Source of the DNA: Patescibacteria group bacterium
Lineage (GTDB): Bacteria; Patescibacteriota; Minisyncoccia; Phycocordibacterales; JAKAEA01
Length of the DNA: 64,000 bases
Assembly (NCBI GenBank): GCA_040387855.1
Contig: JAZKCY010000001.1
Span: forward strand, 381,857-445,856
Direction of reading: 5' to 3'
Positions 8,545-18,498 of this stretch are shown here, in pieces. The notes below the pieces were generated by a model. That model made no database searches and was not told the origin of the DNA. It was given only the letters and a program-made list of their open reading frames with translations. The translations under genes and the position numbers were made by a program. Within the stretch, counting starts at the first letter, position 1, and every line of letters begins with the position of its first letter.

Positions 8545-8955
8545 ATGAGTATCAATATCAAAGCTACGAATTTGGAGTTAACAACAGAAATCGACGGGTA
8601 TCTTACAAAAAAGCTTGAATCATTGAAACATATTGTTGATTTTGATGCAGATAATGCTTTCGCTCAGGTAGAACTTGCAAAGACAACAAATCATCACAAA
8701 ACAACAGAAAGCATGTATCGTGCAGAAATAAATTACCGTGTTGATGGTATGAATGGCCGAGTAGTGAGTGAGAATGAAGATCTTAATGCTGCTATTGATG
8801 AAATGAAAGATCAGCTCGCTCGAGAAATCAAAGCAAAGCAAGAAAAGGACAGAGATGATAAGCGACATGGCGGAGCAGAGCTCAAACAAATGTCACGAGA
8901 AGATGGAGAAGCTGTAGCCGATGAAGTAGATGATAAATACGAAGACGTTCAGTAA
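8545..8955 (+). CDS. hpf: Ribosome hibernation factor HPF/RaiA with acidic tail
   Basis: INIKATNLELT, YRAEIN, EDLNAAIDEMKDQLAREI. Confidence 0.85.
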   Translation: MSINIKATNLELTTEIDGYLTKKLESLKHIVDFDADNAFAQVELAKTTNHHKTTESMYRAEINYRVDGMNGRVVSENEDLNAAIDEMKDQLAREIKAKQEKDRDDKRHGGAELKQMSREDGEAVADEVDDKYEDVQ

Positions 8956-8968
8956 AATCTAAGTAAAA

Positions 8969-9832
8969 CTAGAGAGAAAGGATAAATGTATCGTAATCCA
9001 TTTCTTTTTTACCTTCAGGAACTACACGATCAATAAAGAGCTCATTATGTTCAAAATCATAGTGAGCTTTTTTGATGACTACACGAATCTTTTTATCTCC
9101 TTTTTGAGCGAAGAAAAAAGTGCCCGGCCATTGGTGGAATGCTTGGAACTTTAAGAATTCTTCATAGGGATTGTGCGTGAGAGAAAGCTCGCCATCTGCT
9201 TTTTCTATTTTTCGAGTGTAGGTTGCTTTTGAATGATCTTGTTCAAGAGGTGTAACTTCTCCTGCAATCCATTTTGGAATAGTCTTTACTAAAAGTTTTG
9301 CTCCAGCAGTAACAATTGCTTCTCCAAGTTGTTTTGCCAATGGTGGCCACGGCTCCATAATCACTTCCTCTTGAGCTAAAATTGGTCCATGATCCATTTC
9401 GGCATCAAGGAGCATAATAGTCACTCCTGTGCGTTTTACATCTTGCAAGATTGCAGTTTCGATAGGTGATGCGCCTCGAAGCTTTGGAAGGAGAGAACCA
9501 TGAATATTTAAAATGCCATGCTTCGGGCTATCAATTACTTCTTGCGGAATTATTTTTCCATACGCGACTACTACACCAATATCAAAATTGCCATTTTTAT
9601 ATGCATCGAGAAACGCAGGGTCTTTTAATTTTTCTGGCTGGAGAACTGGTACAGAATGTAATTCCGCCCATACTTTTACTGGAGGCGGAGTAATAACCAA
9701 ATCTCTACCTGCTGGTTTATCAGGCATAGTAACAATGAGGTCGGGAGTCATTCCTGATGCATGCATTTCTTCTAATACCATCACTGCATATCGAGGTGTG
9801 CCAAAAAAAACTATTTTAGGTTTATTGTTCAT
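8969..9832 (-). CDS. fmt: Methionyl-tRNA formyltransferase
   Basis: FFGTP, PDKPAGR, VVAYGKII, NIHGSLLPKLRGASPI, MDHGPI. Confidence 0.95.
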   Translation of the reverse strand: MNNKPKIVFFGTPRYAVMVLEEMHASGMTPDLIVTMPDKPAGRDLVITPPPVKVWAELHSVPVLQPEKLKDPAFLDAYKNGNFDIGVVVAYGKIIPQEVIDSPKHGILNIHGSLLPKLRGASPIETAILQDVKRTGVTIMLLDAEMDHGPILAQEEVIMEPWPPLAKQLGEAIVTAGAKLLVKTIPKWIAGEVTPLEQDHSKATYTRKIEKADGELSLTHNPYEEFLKFQAFHQWPGTFFFAQKGDKKIRVVIKKAHYDFEHNELFIDRVVPEGKKEMDYDTFILSL

Positions 9833-10364
9833 CTGATTGGTGTGTTTGAGGTGGCTGATCTTCTATATCTTCTGCTTTGTCTATAAAAAGAATTCCATCA
9901 AGATGATCTATTTCATGTTGAAAGATTTGTGCTAAAAGGCCTGCTGCTCCGCGTTCAAATTTTTCACCTTTCTCATTGTAGTATTCAATAGTTGCTTGAA
10001 TCGATCGTTGTACATTTCCATACAGCCATCGCACTGAAAGGCATCCTTCAGCCATTTTCTTTTTTCGCTTTGAGAGCTTGAGAATTTTTGGATTGATGCA
10101 TACTAGATCAACGGGAATATGGGTGTCTGGTTCTATATCTGGATAATTGGGAACAAATACTTTTCCTGATACGAGAAAAATACGCACAGGTTCACCGATT
10201 TGAGGTGCTGCAATAGCGACTGCATCATCTTCGCCATGCATGGCAATCTGCATGCGTTTAATAACATCTTTAATTTTTGGAGATATGATTTCTGAGACCG
10301 GTACATCTTGAGCTATGCCACGAAGTACAGGATCTCCTTTTTGAACAATGGGTACCATAGACAT
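9822..10364 (-). CDS. def: Peptide deformylase
   Basis: AIAAPQIG, EGCLS, QHEIDHLDG. Confidence 0.95.
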   Translation of the reverse strand: MSMVPIVQKGDPVLRGIAQDVPVSEIISPKIKDVIKRMQIAMHGEDDAVAIAAPQIGEPVRIFLVSGKVFVPNYPDIEPDTHIPVDLVCINPKILKLSKRKKKMAEGCLSVRWLYGNVQRSIQATIEYYNEKGEKFERGAAGLLAQIFQHEIDHLDGILFIDKAEDIEDQPPQTHQSDEQ

Positions 10365-10371
10365 GACTATA

Positions 10372-12267
10372 TTATAGAAGACTCTCCGGATCAACATTTA
10401 CAGAAATATGAGGTGGAAGAGAGAGAAGCCGCTCAAGTAAGTCTTTATTGACCCATGTGCCTTGATCAAGCTTGAGAAGTGCGTGCATTACGGTCTTTTT
10501 GTTTACGGTTTCAATAAATGCAGGGAATACAAGTGGATTGTAATCTTCCAAAAGCTTTTCTACAAAGTCCATATCACTCGTTACTTGTTCCCGGGTTCCT
10601 TTAATGGTGATTTTTATGAGATTACTAAATGGTGGGTAGCTAAGCTTTTTTCGCTCTTCGATTTCTTCACGATAAAAATCCATAAGATTGCCCTTTGTGG
10701 CATAATCAAAAATACGCTGGTTGCGTGATCGAGTCTGCACTACATAAATCTTTTGAGTAATAGATCTAATCTTCAAAAGAATATTCATGATTTTTTCGTT
10801 GATACGAAAATCAGGAATAGAGAAAAGGGAATCTATAGCTGCAACACCAGAGTTTTCTACTGGTTTCTCAAGATAGGTAAGGGCCATTTCAGTACCAATC
10901 AAAATACTGCCAGGTGAGTTGTAAAATTCATTAACCACAGCCAATGCTTGCTTGTGCGTAGTAATGCTATCTTTATCCATTCTAAAAATCTTCATGTCAG
11001 GGAACATGTTTTGAATAGTATTTTCAATAAGCTCGATGCCAATACCTAGAGTTGTGAGTTTCCAACTATCACAGTTTTTACATCGTTCTTCTGCACTTCT
11101 TCGTTCACCACATCGATGACATAAGAAAAAGTTTTCTTCACCACGATGAAGAACTACAGGCGCAGTACACTTAGTACACAAAACAGTAGTTCCACAATCA
11201 CCACACACAGTCATGGGAGCTAGGCCTCGACGTGCAGCAAACAAAAACAAATTCTCATTATGATCTTTGCTTTGCTGGATCAATGCATCAAGCTCTTCGC
11301 CAATAATTCGAAAATCTGGGCGATCGAGTGTCTTGTATCGCTTCATATCTACAACAACTTCTTTTGATGTAGAAATAGATCTAAATTTAAGGGGAGCAAG
11401 CTCGGCAAGATCACCTTGCTTTGTTCGCCATAATGTTTCAACACGCAATAGATGATCTCCAAAGATAAGTTTGGCACCAATCCGAAGTGCTAAGAATTCT
11501 GCAAATCTTCGTGTGTCTACATACGGACGTATTTGAGCTTTGTATCCGTTTGAACTTTCTCGTTCCAAAATAATAGTACCAATATCAGTCCGAGGAATTC
11601 CAAGAAATGATCCTGTTGTAATAATTAAAACTGGGTGTGGTTCTTCTATAATCTTATTCCAAGTATTTAAGATCTCTTTTTTAGAAAGTGAAGAGTTTAG
11701 AACATAGGTATATTGCTCGATACCTTTTGGAAGGGTACTAAAGATGCGCTTTGTATCTTGAATAGTGGGCAAACAAAACAGCACCGACTTTTTCTTAGCA
11801 AATTGCTCGCGGATCAAACTTTTGTAGTGAGCCAATCGTTCTTCTTCATCTGCTTGAATAGTATAAGGTTCGTGTCGTTCGTTTTGATCAGGTACACTAT
11901 CGGGAATATCTTTTTGTGGGACAACTTTTTCTGCTTGTTCCAAAATTACTTTTGGTGTGACAAGTGCAAGCACACTACCTGTAGATCCTGCAAAATATTC
12001 TGCAGCATCTTGAGCTGCTTTTATAAAGCCTGGGAGGAAGAGGGGAAGGACATTGAGCTTACCAATCTTTTTAAGTGTATAGGTAGAATTTTTTAAATCA
12101 GTTTTTGCTTCAGCTGCTGATTTCATGCCAATAACAAGAGCTGGTACTTCACGGCTTCGTATAGGCACTTTTACTATTGAGCCCGGTTTGATTTCAGACG
12201 TAGTGAAGTAGGAGAGCATTTCTGCGCCTATGCCGCGCGCTATGGGAACTACGTTTACGATGTACAT
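10372..12267 (-). CDS. priA: Primosomal protein N' (PriA) with degenerate helicase motifs
   Basis: N-terminal 3'-binding domain pattern, RRG followed by four CxxC pairs, GIG+E, PDFRINE, VQTR, YPPF; no GxGKT. Confidence 0.85.
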   Translation of the reverse strand: MYIVNVVPIARGIGAEMLSYFTTSEIKPGSIVKVPIRSREVPALVIGMKSAAEAKTDLKNSTYTLKKIGKLNVLPLFLPGFIKAAQDAAEYFAGSTGSVLALVTPKVILEQAEKVVPQKDIPDSVPDQNERHEPYTIQADEEERLAHYKSLIREQFAKKKSVLFCLPTIQDTKRIFSTLPKGIEQYTYVLNSSLSKKEILNTWNKIIEEPHPVLIITTGSFLGIPRTDIGTIILERESSNGYKAQIRPYVDTRRFAEFLALRIGAKLIFGDHLLRVETLWRTKQGDLAELAPLKFRSISTSKEVVVDMKRYKTLDRPDFRIIGEELDALIQQSKDHNENLFLFAARRGLAPMTVCGDCGTTVLCTKCTAPVVLHRGEENFFLCHRCGERRSAEERCKNCDSWKLTTLGIGIELIENTIQNMFPDMKIFRMDKDSITTHKQALAVVNEFYNSPGSILIGTEMALTYLEKPVENSGVAAIDSLFSIPDFRINEKIMNILLKIRSITQKIYVVQTRSRNQRIFDYATKGNLMDFYREEIEERKKLSYPPFSNLIKITIKGTREQVTSDMDFVEKLLEDYNPLVFPAFIETVNKKTVMHALLKLDQGTWVNKDLLERLLSLPPHISVNVDPESLL

Positions 12268-12336
12268 ATATTAAGCGTATTTTAGCTTAAATACGTAAGA
12301 AATAATAATTGATCTTATGTGGGTTTTATTTTGTAA

Positions 12337-13896
12337 TTAAAACTCTCTTAAGATAGAAATCTTTGCTCCTATAGAATTGAGTCTGGTAACAATATCTTCA
12401 TACCCTCTATTGATCGAGTAAATGTTTCGGAGGATAGAAGTACCAGGAGCTGCTAGCATTCCAATCAAGAGAATTGCAGCTGGGCGGAGCGCTGGAGGGC
12501 AAATTACTTCTGCAGGCTTTAGCTTTGTAGGACCAGTGATATAGAGTCGGTGTGGGTCTACAAGATTTGTATTTGCTCCGAGTTTATCTATGTCTTTTGT
12601 ATAAATAGCACGTTTTTCATATGGCCAGTCGTGAAGAAGAGTAGTTCCTTTGGCTTGTGAGGCAATGATTGCAAAGAAGGGAAGATTGTCCATGTTGAGT
12701 CCTGGAAACGGACGGCATTCAATTTTTTCTTCAAGAGCAGTAAGCTTTGATGGTGATGTTTTAATATCTACTAAATTAGTATAGCCGTTGAGAGCTTTGT
12801 ATTTTTTTGAAAGCTTGTACTTGAATCCCATCTTCTCCAATTTGAGAAGTTCTAATTCTAGAAAATCTATTGGGGCTCGTTTAATAGTGAGAGAAGAGTT
12901 TGTAACGATAGCAGTAGCTAGGAAAAACATTGCGTCGATAGGATCTTCTGAAAGGTAGTAGGTAACAGGTTTGTCGATCTTTTCGATACCATGAATGGTA
13001 AGAGTTGTTGTTCCAATTCCTTCGATCTTAACGCCACAGGCTTCTAAGAAGTAACACACTTCCTGCACCATGTAATTTGCAGATGCAAATTTAATAACAG
13101 ATGTACCAGGAATAAGTGCAGCGGCAATAACAGCATTTTCAGTTACGGTATCTCCAGATTCATAGAGCACCATTTCAACAGGCTTAAGCACAGGTGCTTT
13201 TACAAGATAATGATTTTCTTTTGCTTCGATTTCAACTCCATAATTTTCTAAAGCATAGAGATGTGGTTTTACTGTACGTGAACCAAGCTTACATCCTCCA
13301 GGCTGAGGGAGATTAAACTTCTTAAATTGGTGAATAAGTGAACCAATGAGCATCACAATAGAACGAGTCTTTTCAGCTGCCACTTTATCCATGTTCTTAA
13401 GATCAATCTTTTCTGGTGGTTTGATTTCAAGATCGTTTCCATTCCATTTAATAGATACTCCAATAGACTCAAATACTTCTATCATACGCTGCACTTCTTC
13501 GATCTTAGGAACGTTCTTAAGAGTGGTTTTGTTTTTATTTAAAAGGGAAGCGGCAAGGATACCCATGGCTCCGTTCTTTGAAGTCTTTGTAATAATTTCA
13601 CCTGAAAGCTTGTGACCTCCTTCAATTTTTACGTTCAATGCACCCTTAGATACATGGACGATATCACGATTGAGCGCATCGCTAATCTTAGCCAACATTT
13701 CGGTAGATAGGTTTTGTTCACCTCGTTCGATGCGCGCGATAGCACTTTGAGTAGTCCCTAATTTTTGAGCAAATTCATGTTGGGTAATAGACCGTTCTTG
13801 TCGCAATGCAGAAATAAGTTTTCCAATTTGTAAAAGGTTCTTATCAGCAGATGTGGGTTCGGTAGCTACTGTCTGATTTTGGGTTTCTTCAGCCAT
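12337..13896 (-). CDS. murA: UDP-N-acetylglucosamine 1-carboxyvinyltransferase fused to an N-terminal XRE HTH
   Basis: LRQERSITQHEFAQKLGTTQSAIARIERG, then SKNG, PGGCKLGSR, LRPAA, RGYEDI; start set at ATG 13896. Confidence 0.9.
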   Translation of the reverse strand: MAEETQNQTVATEPTSADKNLLQIGKLISALRQERSITQHEFAQKLGTTQSAIARIERGEQNLSTEMLAKISDALNRDIVHVSKGALNVKIEGGHKLSGEIITKTSKNGAMGILAASLLNKNKTTLKNVPKIEEVQRMIEVFESIGVSIKWNGNDLEIKPPEKIDLKNMDKVAAEKTRSIVMLIGSLIHQFKKFNLPQPGGCKLGSRTVKPHLYALENYGVEIEAKENHYLVKAPVLKPVEMVLYESGDTVTENAVIAAALIPGTSVIKFASANYMVQEVCYFLEACGVKIEGIGTTTLTIHGIEKIDKPVTYYLSEDPIDAMFFLATAIVTNSSLTIKRAPIDFLELELLKLEKMGFKYKLSKKYKALNGYTNLVDIKTSPSKLTALEEKIECRPFPGLNMDNLPFFAIIASQAKGTTLLHDWPYEKRAIYTKDIDKLGANTNLVDPHRLYITGPTKLKPAEVICPPALRPAAILLIGMLAAPGTSILRNIYSINRGYEDIVTRLNSIGAKISILREF

Positions 13897-13990
13897 GAAT
13901 TTGTGGTTAGTTCTAATGCTCAACATTATAGCATATATGCTATATGGCGCAAATATACCGATTTCCATAACTATAGTATTCTGTATACAT

Positions 13991-14335
13991 ATGCCACCTA
14001 TGAAATTTGAAGGAGCTTCGTATGATGATGAAGGGAACAAACAAGAAGATACTTCTAAAGACAAGAAAATTGAACCAGGAGAGTATCCCATGTCTACATT
14101 TGAAGAAGTAACAGATGTTATGGTTCATAGATGCAGTCCTATAATATTACAGACTCGACATATTCATCCAAACATAATAGTAGAACAGATAAAACTCGCT
14201 GGAACCTATTCTACAAAACAAATTGTCGAGATACTTAACAATTCAACGTCATTAGATTGGAATATGAAACCAGGTTTTTATAAAGCCTTGGCGTTAGAAA
14301 TTGCCGAAAGAGTAAGAAGAAATAAGCTTAGATAA
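13991..14335 (+). CDS. Hypothetical protein
   Basis: Fills the gap between murA and mreB; no recognised motif. Confidence 0.5.
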   Translation: MPPMKFEGASYDDEGNKQEDTSKDKKIEPGEYPMSTFEEVTDVMVHRCSPIILQTRHIHPNIIVEQIKLAGTYSTKQIVEILNNSTSLDWNMKPGFYKALALEIAERVRRNKLR

Positions 14336-14376
14336 GTTTGATTTGTAAATTCATCAGAAATCTATATTATTGACCT

Positions 14377-15390
14377 ATGTCTATGTTTTCTAAAAAGCTC
14401 GGGATTGATTTAGGTACCGCAAATACATTGGTGTTTTTACCGGGTAAAGGGATTGTGTTAAATGAACCATCAGTAGTTGCTATTTCTGAGCAAGATAATC
14501 GGATTTTGGCAGTAGGAGCCGATGCAAAACAAATGATTGGCCGAACTCCAGACAATATTATTGCGTATCGACCAATGAAAGACGGTGTTATTGCTGATTA
14601 CCGAGTTACTGAAGCAATGCTTAGATACTATATTAATAAAGCATTAGGTAAGTGGAGTTTTTTTAAGCCTGAAGTAATGGTTTCAGTGCCAGCCGGAGTT
14701 ACATCTACAGAACGACGCGCTGTTATTGAAGCTGCAATTAAGGCTGGAGCAAAAAATGCTTATGTAGTGAAAGAGCCTATTCTTGCTGCTATCGGAGCTG
14801 GTATTTCTATTCAAGAACCTGTAGGTCGCATGATTGTTGATATTGGAGGAGGTACAACAGACGTTGCTGTGATATCTCTTGGTGGTATTGTGTCGTGTAC
14901 ATCAGTCAAAGTTGCTGGAAATAAAGTGGATACTGCAATCATAGACTATATAAAGAAGACATTTAACCTTTCTATTGGAGATAAAACCGCTGAGGATATC
15001 AAAATTCAGATTGGATCGGCTATTCCGCTTGAAGAGGAACTCTCAATGACTATCAAGGGGCGTGATTTTGTAACTGGCCTTCCACGATCTGTTGAAATTA
15101 AAACTAATGAAATCGTAAAGTGTTTGGCAAAAGAACTTCGGGAGATGATTAATGCTATTAAGACTGTATTGCAGGATACTCCACCAGAACTTGCTTCAGA
15201 TATTATTGACCAGGGAATTATTATGACGGGTGGATCATCACAATTGAGAAATCTCCCAGAACTTGTATTCCGAAGAACTGGTGTTAAAGCCACTCTTGCT
15301 GACGATGCACTCTTTTGTGTTGCAAAAGGAACTGGTATTGCACTCGAACATCTTGATACTTACAAGAAGAGTATTATATCTAAGCGATAA
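14377..15390 (+). CDS. mreB: Rod shape-determining protein MreB/Mbl (paralog 1)
   Basis: GIDLGTANT, EPSVVA, DIGGGTTD, TGGSS. Confidence 0.95.
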   Translation: MSMFSKKLGIDLGTANTLVFLPGKGIVLNEPSVVAISEQDNRILAVGADAKQMIGRTPDNIIAYRPMKDGVIADYRVTEAMLRYYINKALGKWSFFKPEVMVSVPAGVTSTERRAVIEAAIKAGAKNAYVVKEPILAAIGAGISIQEPVGRMIVDIGGGTTDVAVISLGGIVSCTSVKVAGNKVDTAIIDYIKKTFNLSIGDKTAEDIKIQIGSAIPLEEELSMTIKGRDFVTGLPRSVEIKTNEIVKCLAKELREMINAIKTVLQDTPPELASDIIDQGIIMTGGSSQLRNLPELVFRRTGVKATLADDALFCVAKGTGIALEHLDTYKKSIISKR

Positions 15391-16023
15391 ATGTTCCAGC
15401 TACCGCTTTCACATGCATATATAGTAGAAGGTAATGCTGAGGAGATTCGTCCAAGTCTTTTTGAGTTTCTTGAAAACACTCTCAAATTTCCAATAGCAGG
15501 TAATCCTGACTTTTGGCATGAGATTCATGAATCACTAACTATTGATGCTGCGCGTGCATTGCGAGAGACCCAGTCTAAGAAGGCCATCGGTGGAGATCGA
15601 AAAATATTCATTATCGAGGCAAGAGGCATGAGCATTGAAGCTCAAAATGCGTTGTTAAAGGCATTTGAAGAACCAACACCAGGTACTCACTTCTTTTTAA
15701 TACTTCCGTCTATAGAAGTTGTATTACCGACTCTTCGTTCACGAGTTCAAATAATTTCTGGACAAAATTCGTATGAGAATGCAAAGCAGCTTGCGCAAGA
15801 GTATAAAAAACTTTCTGTAGGTGACCGAATGAAAAAAGCTGCCGCTATTGCTGAAGAAAAAGATAAAGCTCTTGCTATGCAGATTGTGGATGGACTTATG
15901 TATGTAATGAGAGATTCACAGAAGCCATTTGTGATGCAAGAGCTATTACAATGTAGATCATATCTTAATGATAGATCACCATCAATAAAGATGATTCTCG
16001 AGCATATAGCTTTAATTATATAA
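15391..16023 (+). CDS. holB: Short DNA polymerase III delta'-like protein
   Basis: HAYIVEG, NPDF, EAQNALLKAFEEP, LPTLRSR. Confidence 0.8.
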   Translation: MFQLPLSHAYIVEGNAEEIRPSLFEFLENTLKFPIAGNPDFWHEIHESLTIDAARALRETQSKKAIGGDRKIFIIEARGMSIEAQNALLKAFEEPTPGTHFFLILPSIEVVLPTLRSRVQIISGQNSYENAKQLAQEYKKLSVGDRMKKAAAIAEEKDKALAMQIVDGLMYVMRDSQKPFVMQELLQCRSYLNDRSPSIKMILEHIALII

Positions 16024-16064
16024 AAAGTAGAATAAGTTTAAGAATCTGATACAATACACACACT

Positions 16065-16616
16065 ATGAATTACGATTTTTCACCGCTTAAAAAGAAATTA
16101 AAAGATGTAGAAGAATGGCTTAAGAAAGAGCAGTCACAGATTCGCACAGGGCGAGCTTCTTCTTCAATTCTTGATAATGTACGCGTAGATGCATATGGAA
16201 CTCCCACTCCATTAAATCAACTTGGCTCAGTATCAAATGAAGATCCGAGAACACTTAGAGTTTCATTGTGGGATACAAGCCAGATTAGAGACGCTGAAAA
16301 GGCAATTGTTGCAGCAAATCTTGGGGTAGCTGTAGCAGTGGATGATAAAGGAATCCGTGTTTCATTTCCTGAACTTACTGGTGAACGACGTTTGGCGGTA
16401 GTTAAAACAGCAAAGGAGAAAGCAGAACAAGCAAAAGTTTCCATTCGAAAGGTACGTGATGAAATTTGGAACGATATTCAGGCAAAGGAAAAAGAAGGTG
16501 GTATGGGAGAGGATGAAAAATTTAGATTTAAGGATACTATGGAAAAAGCAATTCAAGAGGCAAATAAGCTTGTTGATGAATTACATGCTCGAAAGGAAAA
16601 GGAAATTATAAGTTAG
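16065..16616 (+). CDS. frr: Ribosome recycling factor
   Basis: IRTGRA, VDAYG, FPELTGERR, KEKEI. Confidence 0.95.
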   Translation: MNYDFSPLKKKLKDVEEWLKKEQSQIRTGRASSSILDNVRVDAYGTPTPLNQLGSVSNEDPRTLRVSLWDTSQIRDAEKAIVAANLGVAVAVDDKGIRVSFPELTGERRLAVVKTAKEKAEQAKVSIRKVRDEIWNDIQAKEKEGGMGEDEKFRFKDTMEKAIQEANKLVDELHARKEKEIIS

Positions 16617-16639
16617 TAACTCAATCTACATAAAATCAC

Positions 16640-17737
16640 ATGACTGTCATTATATTTTTAATTGTTCTCGCAGTACTAGTATTTGTTCATGAACTAGGAC
16701 ATTTTCTTGCTGCAAAGGCATCTGGCATTCGTGTTGATGAATTTGGTATTGGATTTCCACCAAAACTATTTGGATTTAAGCGTGGTGAGACAACATACAC
16801 ACTTAATGCAATTCCATTTGGAGGCTTTGTGAAAATTTTTGGTGAAAATCCTGATGAAGAATCTATTGGTGGACCAGATAAAGCTCGAAGTTTTTTCAAT
16901 AAGCCAAAATATCTTCAGGTTATGGTTCTTGCTGCTGGAGTTACATTCAATATTATATTTGCGTGGTTATTAATTTCTATTGGATTTATGATTGGTATGC
17001 CTGCTCAACAAGGATACTCATCACAGGTTGCTACAGAAAATTCACAAGCAACTATTCTTGCAGTACCTCAAGGTTCACCTGCTGAATTAGGAGGACTTAA
17101 AGCAGGAGATAAAGTAGTGAAACTTACTGCGGGTGCAGAAAGCACTCAGGGCAAGCTATCTGTAGAGCAAATTCAAAGTTTTGTTGCGACAAAAAAGGAT
17201 CAGCCGGTAACTTTTGATGTTACTCGTGGATCAGAGGCTATTTCTGTGCAAGTTACTCCTAAAGAAGGAATTGTGGCTGATAGAGCTGCTATAGGAGTAC
17301 AACTTGGTGAAGTAGGAATCTTGAAGCTCAATTTTTTCCAAGCTTTCATTGAAGGTGCAAAGTATACTGCATATATTATTCAGGCTACTGCTGTAGGGTT
17401 AGCTCAGTTTTTGTTCCAAGCGGTAACAGGTAGAGCTGATTTTGCTACTGTTACTGGTCCTGTAGGTATTGCGGGTATGGTTGGTGATGCTACACGACTA
17501 GGAATTGTATACCTTTTATCTTTCACAGCTATTATTTCTGTAAATCTTGCTGTTATCAATCTTATTCCGTTTCCAGCACTTGATGGAGGAAGAATTCTCT
17601 TTGTAATTATTGAAAAAATAAAGGGATCTGCAATTAGTCCAAAATTTGCTAATGCAGTGAATGCAGCTGGATTCGCATTATTGCTCTTACTTATGCTTGT
17701 TGTTACATTCAACGACATACTAAACCTCTTTAAATAA
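16640..17737 (+). CDS. rseP: RIP metalloprotease RseP (M50 with PDZ)
   Basis: HELGH, IPFGGFV, NLIPFPALDGG. Confidence 0.95.
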   Translation: MTVIIFLIVLAVLVFVHELGHFLAAKASGIRVDEFGIGFPPKLFGFKRGETTYTLNAIPFGGFVKIFGENPDEESIGGPDKARSFFNKPKYLQVMVLAAGVTFNIIFAWLLISIGFMIGMPAQQGYSSQVATENSQATILAVPQGSPAELGGLKAGDKVVKLTAGAESTQGKLSVEQIQSFVATKKDQPVTFDVTRGSEAISVQVTPKEGIVADRAAIGVQLGEVGILKLNFFQAFIEGAKYTAYIIQATAVGLAQFLFQAVTGRADFATVTGPVGIAGMVGDATRLGIVYLLSFTAIISVNLAVINLIPFPALDGGRILFVIIEKIKGSAISPKFANAVNAAGFALLLLLMLVVTFNDILNLFK

Positions 17738-17821
17738 AAGTTGTCCACAGTTAACAGTAGTAGTGAGCGTGCTCATCTGATACAATAACTACATCACTAA
17801 ATTAGTTAAGTATTAAAAGCC

Positions 17822-18475
17822 ATGGGTATTTCAGAAATTAAAAAAATAGTAGCACTGACAACAATCCTTTCAGTTGCATCGGTTGGATTGTATGTTGCAG
17901 CTGAACCACAGATTTCAAGCGCACAGGCAACTGCAGATGATACTGTTATTATTACACTTAACGTTGATGCGGGTATCTCTATCACAAGTCCTGCAGACTC
18001 TTCAATGAGTACAAACTTGGGTGTTTCTGTAAATAAGGCTATTGCTACAACCACTTGGAATGTTAAAACTAATAACAATCTTGGATATACTCTTGCTGTA
18101 AAAGCATCTCAGGATCCTGCAATGCAGTCAGCTGGTGATGAAGTGTTAGATTACACTGAATCTGTAGGAGGTACACCTGAGACATGGTCTGTAGGTGCAA
18201 GTACCGCAGAATTCGGATATTCAGCATTCGGAACCGATGTTCCAACTGGTACATGGGGAACAGGCTCACAGTGTTCTTCAACTGTTAATGCAAACTCAAC
18301 TACTCTTAAGTACGTAGGTTTTAGTACATCTGATAAAACTATTGCAACACGATCTTCAACTACAACTCCTTCTGGCATTGATTCTACAGTATGCTATGCT
18401 GTAGAACAAAATGGTTTCTATATTCCATCTGGAACATATACAGCTACCATTACAGCAACTGCGACCACCCTCTAA
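17822..18475 (+). CDS. Secreted WxL-like beta-rich surface protein
   Basis: Signal peptide; WNVKTNNNLGYTLAV; C-terminal GTYTATITATATTL strand. Confidence 0.6.
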   Translation: MGISEIKKIVALTTILSVASVGLYVAAEPQISSAQATADDTVIITLNVDAGISITSPADSSMSTNLGVSVNKAIATTTWNVKTNNNLGYTLAVKASQDPAMQSAGDEVLDYTESVGGTPETWSVGASTAEFGYSAFGTDVPTGTWGTGSQCSSTVNANSTTLKYVGFSTSDKTIATRSSTTTPSGIDSTVCYAVEQNGFYIPSGTYTATITATATTL

Positions 18476-18498
18476 TTTAACTTGGTTACATAAATAAA

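Noticed and set aside
17742-17750. DnaA-box-like TTGTCCACA as a replication origin
   Set aside because: Single mismatched box in a short intergenic region, with no cluster and no dnaA nearby
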